A stretch of DNA of 64,000 bases from Poseidonia sp. Its GTDB lineage: Archaea; Thermoplasmatota; Poseidoniia; Poseidoniales; Poseidoniaceae. A model generated the notes under the pieces. That model searched no databases. It was not told where the DNA came from and saw nothing but the letters and a program-made list of their open reading frames with translations. The stretch is taken from contig JAUREJ010000005.1 in NCBI GenBank assembly GCA_030827475.1, forward strand, positions 2,128 to 66,127, read 5' to 3'. Positions 57,377 through 64,000 of the stretch are shown here, piece after piece; positions within the stretch are counted from its first letter, which is position 1; every line of letters begins with the position of its first letter. The translations under genes and the position numbers were made by a program.

Positions 57377-58585
57377 ATGCAAGCCTTGGAGATGCCTCAA
57401 CCGCTCGCTGGGGAATCCCCAGACTGGTTGGCACGGCTCAACGATTTCTTGGAGGGGCATGGGCGCTGGTCTGGTGAATTACAGGCCATTGTCAATAAAT
57501 TAAAAGACAACATGCCCCTTTCCCACGAGGACGGTTTGACACTTTATCACCATCCGAACCTTCCAGAAATTGGTGCGCTCGCAGATGCGGTTCGTACAGC
57601 GAGATTTGGACGACAGACTTTTTTCAACTCAAACGTCCACATCAATCAAACCAACATCTGTGTTCTTGCCTGCCGCTTTTGCGCCTTTCGTCGAGGACCA
57701 AAAGCCAAGGATGCTTACGCCATGACCGTTGACGAGTATGTAGAGGACCTTGGGAAATATGCGCACGCTGTGGATGAAGTCCATTCCGTGGGAGGACTTC
57801 ATCCGGATTGGGATGTTTCCCACTACGAAACGATGTTTCGAAAAACTCAATCTGCACACCCCCACGTGTCCATCAAAGCCCTGACTGCAGTTGAGATCAA
57901 ACATCTTGCTGAACGTTCTCAAATCACAACCAAAACGGTTCTCCAACGGTTGAAGCACGCAGGCCTTTCCTCGTTGCCTGGGGGCGGTGCAGAAATCCTC
58001 GATGATGACGTGAGAGCGGTCATCTGCAATGGAAAGGAGAGTTCCGAGGAATACCTTCGTATCCATAGAGAGGCTCATGAAATTGGGTTGCCGTCCAATT
58101 GCACGATGCTTTTTGGAACCGTTGAAACACTTGACCAGCGTATCCAACATATGATCTCTCTTCGTGAACTTCAATCACAGACATTTGGGTTCCAATGCTT
58201 CGTCCCCTACCCTTTTTTGCCTGACCACACCCGCCTTCCAGAAGCCCAACTCGCAACCGGAACCGAAATCTTGCGTACCATTGCTGTCTCTCGTCTTCTC
58301 CTTAACAACATCCCCCACATCAAGGCCTACCGGATGAACATCGGGGATCATGTGGCCGAACTCGCCCTTCAATACGGCGCAGATGACATTGACGGAACCG
58401 TCCAAAAAGAGTCGATTATGCACCTTGCCGGTTCAACAGCACCTCTCGATCATGACCGTTCCCGTCTTGCACGACTCATCCGCAATGCTGGTTGCGAACC
58501 CGTGCAGCGAAACACCGTGTACTCAACGTTCACGCCTTATACGGATCCAGAACCAACCCATCGCCGGCTTCGGATGGCACAATGA
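57377..58585 (+). CDS. Radical-SAM menaquinone (futalosine pathway) enzyme, MqnE/MqnC (CofH-like) family
   Basis: NICVLACRFCAF (CxxxCxxC), ~400 aa, followed by mqnA and mqnD homologues. I cannot tell MqnE from MqnC by eye. Confidence 0.7.
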   Translation: MQALEMPQPLAGESPDWLARLNDFLEGHGRWSGELQAIVNKLKDNMPLSHEDGLTLYHHPNLPEIGALADAVRTARFGRQTFFNSNVHINQTNICVLACRFCAFRRGPKAKDAYAMTVDEYVEDLGKYAHAVDEVHSVGGLHPDWDVSHYETMFRKTQSAHPHVSIKALTAVEIKHLAERSQITTKTVLQRLKHAGLSSLPGGGAEILDDDVRAVICNGKESSEEYLRIHREAHEIGLPSNCTMLFGTVETLDQRIQHMISLRELQSQTFGFQCFVPYPFLPDHTRLPEAQLATGTEILRTIAVSRLLLNNIPHIKAYRMNIGDHVAELALQYGADDIDGTVQKESIMHLAGSTAPLDHDRSRLARLIRNAGCEPVQRNTVYSTFTPYTDPEPTHRRLRMAQ

Positions 58586-58594
58586 GGTCGTCCG

Positions 58595-59395
58595 ATGAAG
58601 CACCCTACATGGCTATCGACCATCGGACGGGTGGCATTCATCAACTGCGATCCTCTCTTTTACGGGTTGTCCCGCCAATGGAACGTTCTCGCTGCTCCCC
58701 CATCTTGGCTGACCGGCCATGTCTTGCGAAAAGATTGCATTCTTGCGCCGATTCCAGCTGCTGATTATGCGAAACATGCGGATGAACTTCTTTTGTTGCC
58801 GGACATTGGCATCGGGAGCCAAGGTGAGGTTGGAAGCGTCCTTCTGTTTGGTGCTATTCCACTCGATGCGATGAAAACCATAGCCCTGCCCTCAGACTCC
58901 GCAACATCAGTTGCCCTTTTGAAGCACCTTGTCTCAAAGCGTGGAATGGGCATGAACTACGTTGATACAGGACCTGATTACGACGCGATGATGTCGCTTG
59001 CTGACGGTGCTCTCTTGATCGGAGACCGAGCATTGGAAGCAGCGAGAGAGTTTCCGGAAATGGTCCAAATGGACCTCGGCAAGGCTTGGATGGAGCTGGA
59101 GGGGCTACCGATGATCTTCGGTGTCTTCGTCGCACGAAGGGACACGCCCGTCGAGGCTCTTAAGGAGGCTCACTCGGCCTTGGTTGAGAATTTGGCTGCA
59201 TTTGAGTCTGGGGGTCAACGAAGGGAGGAGGTTATCGTTGGATCAATGAAAAAATCCGGTCTCGCTTACGAACGCCTCGACCAATATTACGGAGAGGTGT
59301 TTAATCGCCTTGATGACCACCATTTGGAAGGCTTGTTTCGGTTCCTTTCCGAAGCCTGCGGGATGGGGGCACCCCCTGAATTTGCATTGATTTGA
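58595..59395 (+). CDS. mqnA: Chorismate dehydratase MqnA
   Basis: IGRVAFINCDPLFYGL, ILAPIPAADY, GEVGSVLLF and LPSDSATSVALLK (MqnA/MqnD periplasmic-binding-like fold family). Confidence 0.7.
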   Translation: MKHPTWLSTIGRVAFINCDPLFYGLSRQWNVLAAPPSWLTGHVLRKDCILAPIPAADYAKHADELLLLPDIGIGSQGEVGSVLLFGAIPLDAMKTIALPSDSATSVALLKHLVSKRGMGMNYVDTGPDYDAMMSLADGALLIGDRALEAAREFPEMVQMDLGKAWMELEGLPMIFGVFVARRDTPVEALKEAHSALVENLAAFESGGQRREEVIVGSMKKSGLAYERLDQYYGEVFNRLDDHHLEGLFRFLSEACGMGAPPEFALI

Positions 59396-59454
59396 CCTCC
59401 CTTGTTTCGATTTTCCAACGGTTGGTTCTTGAAGGGGCCGCGTTTAGCCGAAGC

Positions 59455-60333
59455 ATGGTGGTTGAACTTCCTCTTGATTCGGACGGGAACAAAATCGTAC
59501 GAATAGGCCACAGCCCAGATCCGGATGACGCCTTTATGTTTCATGCCATGACCACGGGAGCGTTCCCCACGCCCGGGTACACTTTCGTTCACGAATTGCA
59601 AGATATTGAGACGTTGAATCAACGGGCGATGAATCAAGATCTCGAAGTTTCAGCAGTTTCCATTCATGCTTATCCCGACATCGCTGAACATTACGCCTTA
59701 ATGAACTGCGGGGCATCGATGGGCGAGGGCTACGGCCCCATGGTGGTTTGCAAGCAAGGCGTGACCGAGGCCGAGGCCAGGGCGGGCGTCATCGCCGTCC
59801 CGGGTTTGAAAACCAGTGCCTATCTTGGTCTTCGGTTAGCTTGGGGAGATGTATCCGTGGCCGTCGTGCCCTTTGACGAGATCATCCCCCGAATCCTTGA
59901 CGACACATACGTCAGCGGGCTGATTATTCACGAAGGCCAGCTTACCTATGTCGACCACGACTTGGATGTTTTGGTTGACCTTGGCAAGTGGTGGAACGGC
60001 CGAACAGAGAACTGGCCGATGCCTCTGGGTGGAAACGTGGTACGCCGAGATTTGGGTGAAAGCGTCATGGAGGACATCACAAAATACACCAAGATGAGCA
60101 TTGAATACGCCCTCCACTCCCCCGGAGAAGCGCTTGAGTTTGCTAAAGCCTGGGGAAGGGGTATTGATGATGAAACGAATCAGGCCTTCGTCAGTATGTA
60201 TGTGAATGACCGAACAATCGATTACCGGGATGAAGGCCGAAAATCCATCCAACGCTTCATCAAAGAAGGTCAAGAGATCGGCCTCATCCGGGACGATTTT
60301 GACACGGACTCGATGGTCTTTATCGGCGCGTGA
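59455..60333 (+). CDS. mqnD: 1,4-dihydroxy-6-naphthoate synthase MqnD-like
   Basis: IVRIGHSPDPDDAFMFHAM, DIETLNQRA, VSAVSIHAY and GEGYGPMVV. The ATG at 59455 is preferred over the TTG-opened ORF at 59392. Confidence 0.65.
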   Translation: MVVELPLDSDGNKIVRIGHSPDPDDAFMFHAMTTGAFPTPGYTFVHELQDIETLNQRAMNQDLEVSAVSIHAYPDIAEHYALMNCGASMGEGYGPMVVCKQGVTEAEARAGVIAVPGLKTSAYLGLRLAWGDVSVAVVPFDEIIPRILDDTYVSGLIIHEGQLTYVDHDLDVLVDLGKWWNGRTENWPMPLGGNVVRRDLGESVMEDITKYTKMSIEYALHSPGEALEFAKAWGRGIDDETNQAFVSMYVNDRTIDYRDEGRKSIQRFIKEGQEIGLIRDDFDTDSMVFIGA

Positions 60334-60342
60334 GGTTTGCAC

Positions 60343-60831
60343 ATGGACGGTGACACCCCTCGCCCCCAAGTTAGTCAATACGGGTCCGTTGACCCAGCCC
60401 CCCCTGAACAAAACGGCGAACTGCTTTCTTGGACAGGAACCTTGTGCGATGAACAAGAACCGATGTTCCAACGTATGCGCGCTGTCTTTGCTCTCCGAAA
60501 CCAAAGCAGCGATGAAGCCTGCCTCGCTCTCTGCAAGGGGTTTGCCAGCACCAGTGCGCTGCTTCGCCATGAGATCGCCTATGTCCTCGGACAGATGCAA
60601 AACCCTGTTGCCCTTCCAACGTTAATACAACGTCTCGAAGACGAAAACGAGCACGTCATGGTGCGCCATGAAGCGGCTGAAGCGATGGGGGCCATCGGTG
60701 ACCGGTCGGTGATTCCCATCCTTGAACGATTCTCCAACGACCCACTCCCCGAGGTCGCAGAATCGTGCGTTGTCGCTCTCGATCTGCTGGCGTGGGTGCA
60801 ACGTGCAGAATTTGCTCAAACTGAATGGTGA
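60343..60831 (+). CDS. HEAT-repeat protein resembling one half of deoxyhypusine hydroxylase (two His-Glu motifs)
   Basis: RMRAVFALRN...SALLRHEIAYVLGQMQNPVALPTL...HVMVRHEAAEAMGAIGDRSVIPIL...PEVAESCVVALDLL. GAGGT SD lies 6 nt before the ATG at 60343. Confidence 0.6.
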   Translation: MDGDTPRPQVSQYGSVDPAPPEQNGELLSWTGTLCDEQEPMFQRMRAVFALRNQSSDEACLALCKGFASTSALLRHEIAYVLGQMQNPVALPTLIQRLEDENEHVMVRHEAAEAMGAIGDRSVIPILERFSNDPLPEVAESCVVALDLLAWVQRAEFAQTEW

Positions 60832-60884
60832 GCGACCTCAAGTTCAAAGACTAGGATGCACACCCCAAATTAGGAAGGAGACTC

Positions 60885-61094
60885 ATGCCTCACGACCACA
60901 TTCAACTTGCCCAAGCCCCAAACGGCGAACTTGGCCCACGCTGCCACAACTGCGGTGTGAGGTTGACGTTCGGCAACGCCATGGTCGTCGACAAATACTA
61001 CATGTGTTGGGAGCACTATGTTGAAGCCACCGGTGCCGACACGGCCACCGAAGTCGCTCAAGCCGACGAACGCTTCTGGATGAAGCACGAATAG
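60885..61094 (+). CDS. Small hypothetical Cys/His protein
   Basis: 69-aa ORF with CHNCG...CWEH, preceded by AGGAAGGAGA. It lies directly upstream of priS. Confidence 0.4.
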   Translation: MPHDHIQLAQAPNGELGPRCHNCGVRLTFGNAMVVDKYYMCWEHYVEATGADTATEVAQADERFWMKHE

Positions 61095-61132
61095 AACGGT
61101 CGCCTTCAAGAACCCTCAACCCTCAGTTCCGG

Positions 61133-62344
61133 TTGGGGACGACGACTTTGAGTGGATGGGCAAAGGTTGCGCACCGGTTTGGCCAATATTACCGGCATGC
61201 TCCATTGTGGTCCCCGCCTCGCATCCGAACACGCGAATGGATGTTCATTCCTTTTGGTGGTGCCCCACCTCTTCGGCACAAGTCGTTTTCCGATGTAGAG
61301 CAGGTTCAACGCTTCCTCTCCGAAAGGGCCATGCACTCGTGCTTCTATTCAACGGCATACTGGCGGCGACCTCACGAGTTGAAAATGGCGGACAAACTCT
61401 GGCAGGGTGCTGATTTGATTTTTGATTTGGACGGAGACCATCTCCCCGGCGTGACGGACAAAGATTTTCCTGGCATGCTTCAGGTGATTCAAGAACAGGC
61501 ATGGACGCTTTGGAACGATTTCTTAGAACCTGAATTTGGATTTCATGAAGAGCACCTCCAAGTGACCTTTTCTGGGCATCGAGGATTCCATCTGCACTAC
61601 CGAGATCCTCGCCTGTTTCACTTGGACTCGGAAGCCCGCAGGGAACTGGTGTCGCACATTCGCGGCGAAGGTGTGGATGTGCAAGGTGGATTGGCGAGGT
61701 ACCACGATACTGACGCCCGAGGCTGGACGGAACGCATTCGAAGCGGCATGGACGATATGATCGTCAAATTGCGCCATATTCACCGGGGTACAGAAGATGG
61801 ACATGGTCAGTTGACACGCCTTGAATCTGCGCTTCAAGCCCTCCAAGACCGGGAGGGTGTCACCTCGCAACGCTCAGCTTCCGCCATCAAACGTCTCGCA
61901 GAATTGACCGACCACGATGGCCGAATACAACGCCTCAAAGACGGTCGATTTGATGTTCTCGGGAACTACCAAGGCTTGTTCCTGAACCTCTTGAAGGCGG
62001 ACGCTTCGGTCGTCCTCGGTAACGCAGGAGAAACCGACGAGGTGGTCACCATCGATGTCCGCCGTCAGATTCGTTGGCCGACTTCCCTTCACGGCAAATC
62101 AGGCATGCGAGTGAGTGAATTCCCGCTCGCAAGGCTTGACCCGGATGGAGGTCGCCCCTACAATCCACTGATGGAGGCTTTTGTCCTCGGCATGGACGAC
62201 GCACATGAAATGGAATGGACGGTCGATGATGCTGTTGTACAATTTGGCGAACACCGGTTAGAGAGCAAAAAAGGAAAGCGATTTTCTATCCATGAATCCG
62301 GAGCAACCTTCCTCATTCTGAAAGGATGGGCTGACTTCGTTTGA
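61133..62344 (+). CDS. priS: DNA primase small (catalytic) subunit PriS
   Basis: ADLIFDLDGDHL (catalytic DxD), LQVTFSGHRGFHLH (SGxRGxH) and RQIRWPTSLHGKSG. Confidence 0.85.
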   Translation: MGTTTLSGWAKVAHRFGQYYRHAPLWSPPRIRTREWMFIPFGGAPPLRHKSFSDVEQVQRFLSERAMHSCFYSTAYWRRPHELKMADKLWQGADLIFDLDGDHLPGVTDKDFPGMLQVIQEQAWTLWNDFLEPEFGFHEEHLQVTFSGHRGFHLHYRDPRLFHLDSEARRELVSHIRGEGVDVQGGLARYHDTDARGWTERIRSGMDDMIVKLRHIHRGTEDGHGQLTRLESALQALQDREGVTSQRSASAIKRLAELTDHDGRIQRLKDGRFDVLGNYQGLFLNLLKADASVVLGNAGETDEVVTIDVRRQIRWPTSLHGKSGMRVSEFPLARLDPDGGRPYNPLMEAFVLGMDDAHEMEWTVDDAVVQFGEHRLESKKGKRFSIHESGATFLILKGWADFV

Positions 62345-62439
62345 GTTGGTGCCTGCCGGGCATCAGACCTTCTCCAACGATTGCATTTTGAGGTAAGGTT
62401 CAAGGGTGGTTTCTTCCCCCTTAGGACGAGGTGAGGGTC

Positions 62440-63426
62440 ATGGGTCTGCGGCGAGGGAAGAAAAGCAAGGCCGTAGACAGCCCTCTTCCGATGCCAAATC
62501 TTCCTCCTCCGGGCGGCTTGCCAGCCCCTCTACCACTTCCACCAGGTGGCGCTCCCCTCCCGCCTTTGCCCGGTGTTCAGCCGGCTCCCCTCCCAGCACC
62601 AATCCCCGCACCAGCAAGTGCCAACCCTCTCCCCCCCGCACCGCTCCCTTCGGCTCCTGTGCCTGTTAACGACCCTAACACCACGCTGTCCGGACTCGTT
62701 GAAGAAAAGGGGTACAACGACCTATGGGCCAAAAGGTCGGAAAAACCGTTGCAACAGATCTACGGCCACATCGACAGAATCAGCAACAAAGAAGCTGGGT
62801 CGTTGTTGGACCGCTATGCTGACCGCTTTGGGCACTCGCTTGACAGGGAGATCATCGTTATGCGAAAAGCAGCGGTTGAAGAAAAAGTCGCGGAAATACG
62901 GGATGCTCCTACGGTTGAACTCATTGAAGAGGAACCCGCAGAAACCTTGACAGAACTCCAACGGGTTGAAAACGAACTCCGTGCCCTTAAACCGCTCTAT
63001 CAGGAAGCAAAAGATTTGGGTGACAAAGCCACCCTGGCCGAACTCACCCCGACGCTTCAATCCCTCATGGCCCAACGTAAGGCACTGAAGTCCGAAGGTG
63101 CAAGTGGTCCTACCGAGCCAACAACCGCAGTTGCCGCATCGGCTGACGATGACATGTTCGTGCAGTTCGTTTCAATCGTCGATGATTTGCTGGGTGAGCA
63201 TTTGCCGGAAGAAATCGTCAATGCATTCGTCGCGAGCCCTGACTTTGACACCTACAGGGCAGTGCTCGCAGACCCAGCAGGTGTTGACGAATCAACTCGT
63301 TCCTCGTTTTGCAACATGGTTGATGACCAACTTGGAAACATGTTCCCTGAATCCATCGAGGCGTTCATCGCTTCGCCGGAATTTGAAGTTTATCGCCAAG
63401 TAGGCGAGCAGTACAAGGATGCGTGA
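62440..63426 (+). CDS. Hypothetical protein: N-terminal proline-rich tract, coiled-coil middle, duplicated C-terminal motif
   Basis: PLPMPNLPPPGGLPAPLPLPPGGAPLPPLPGVQPAPLPAPIPAP. C-terminal tandem copies VDDLLGEHLPEEIVNAFVASPDFDTYRAV and VDDQLGNMFPESIEAFIASPEFEVYRQV. GAGGTGAGGG SD before the ATG at 62440. Confidence 0.55.
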   Translation: MGLRRGKKSKAVDSPLPMPNLPPPGGLPAPLPLPPGGAPLPPLPGVQPAPLPAPIPAPASANPLPPAPLPSAPVPVNDPNTTLSGLVEEKGYNDLWAKRSEKPLQQIYGHIDRISNKEAGSLLDRYADRFGHSLDREIIVMRKAAVEEKVAEIRDAPTVELIEEEPAETLTELQRVENELRALKPLYQEAKDLGDKATLAELTPTLQSLMAQRKALKSEGASGPTEPTTAVAASADDDMFVQFVSIVDDLLGEHLPEEIVNAFVASPDFDTYRAVLADPAGVDESTRSSFCNMVDDQLGNMFPESIEAFIASPEFEVYRQVGEQYKDA

Positions 63427-63431
63427 GAACC

Positions 63432-64000
63432 ATGGGACTACTTGACAAAGCCGGTACGACCGCCGAAGAAAAAAAGACACCTGCACCGAAAACGGTGGTG
63501 ACCGCTACGCAGCCAGCGGAATCAGCGAAGGCCAAACCAACGAAGGCTGCAAAAGCCGCAAAAACCACCAAACCAAAGGCACCGAAAGCACGGCCAATGG
63601 GCCTTGCTGATGATTATGAACTCGCCTCAAACATGAACCGGCGCATTTCTTGGCTCGTCAACTTTGCAATTAACTTTGGAGTCCTTTCTGCAGCGTTGGT
63701 TATGATGTTGTCCGACACCAATGTGGTGACGACCATTCTTGTGGCCGTGAGCGGCGTAATCATCATACTTAACGGCATTTTCATTCCAATGAAGTTCTCT
63801 CGAAACCTAGGCCAATTCGTTTCGCGAACGAAATTCATCCGCGGCGATGGAACCAATCCATTGTTTCTCCACGGCATTCTAGTCAACATGAGTGGTCTGC
63901 TTTCACTGATTGGAATCATACTTGTTGCCACACAAATTCAGAACCTCACCGATACAGACAACACCGGCGCCATCATCATGTTCTCGTTGGGTACCATATT
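63432..64000 (+). CDS. RDD-like membrane protein with a Lys/Ala/Pro-rich basic N-terminal tail (3' partial)
   Basis: My own translation from the ATG at 63432 gives MGLLDKAGTTAEEKKTPAPK..AKAKPTKAAKAAKTTKPKAPKARP. TM helices follow, then FSRNLGQFVSRTKFIRGDG (RDD-family-like loop). The ORF runs off the window end, so it is absent from the ORF track. Confidence 0.5.
   Translation, partial: MGLLDKAGTTAEEKKTPAPKTVVTATQPAESAKAKPTKAAKAAKTTKPKAPKARPMGLADDYELASNMNRRISWLVNFAINFGVLSAALVMMLSDTNVVTTILVAVSGVIIILNGIFIPMKFSRNLGQFVSRTKFIRGDGTNPLFLHGILVNMSGLLSLIGIILVATQIQNLTDTDNTGAIIMFSLGTI

Noticed and set aside
1-64000. Window-wide scan for CRISPR arrays, IS elements/transposases, integrases, toxin-antitoxin pairs, restriction-modification or other defence genes, rRNA operons and long tandem DNA repeats.
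   Set aside because: I recognised none. The only repetitive DNA is low-complexity coding sequence: the Pro-rich tract at 62490-62660, the Lys/Ala-rich tract at 63470-63600 and the Asp-rich TSP3-like tract at 19150-19270.

Overview
This 64 kb window is gene-dense archaeal chromosome with roughly 55 protein genes and 2 tRNAs. I saw no rRNA, CRISPR array, transposase or integrase. The archaeal assignment rests on hallmark genes: RFC large subunit, archaeal/eukaryal-type GlyRS, TiaS, diphthine-ammonia ligase, aEF-2, PriS and split transketolase. It also rests on the proteasome/exosome superoperon (psmA-SBDS-rrp4-rrp41-rrp42-L37Ae-Pcc1-prefoldin beta). The gene content fits a planktonic Thermoplasmatota-like lineage such as Marine Group II/III: a large lectin/thrombospondin-like surface protein, an OPT peptide transporter, a eukaryote-type IDI, and futalosine-pathway genes. 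That lineage call is inference only. Genes are often translationally coupled through ATGA/GTGA/TTGA overlaps, and GGAGGTG-like Shine-Dalgarno motifs are common. The most interesting loci are listed here. (1) A half-length deoxyhypusine-hydroxylase-like HEAT protein with two His-Glu motifs. (2) A MamK-like actin homologue paired with a double zinc-ribbon protein. (3) A 1760-aa Lhr helicase with a tandem winged-helix/AlkZ-like C-terminal extension. (4) A type-1 IDI fused to GGPP synthase, next to IPK. (5) A thiolase followed by a DUF35 protein carrying a degenerate condensing-enzyme-like N-domain. (6) A 1190-aa mosaic surface protein near an archaeosortase. (7) An unexplained ~295 nt structured spacer inside the S12-S7-EF2 operon. 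All family calls come from motif recognition by eye. None has been checked by a database search.
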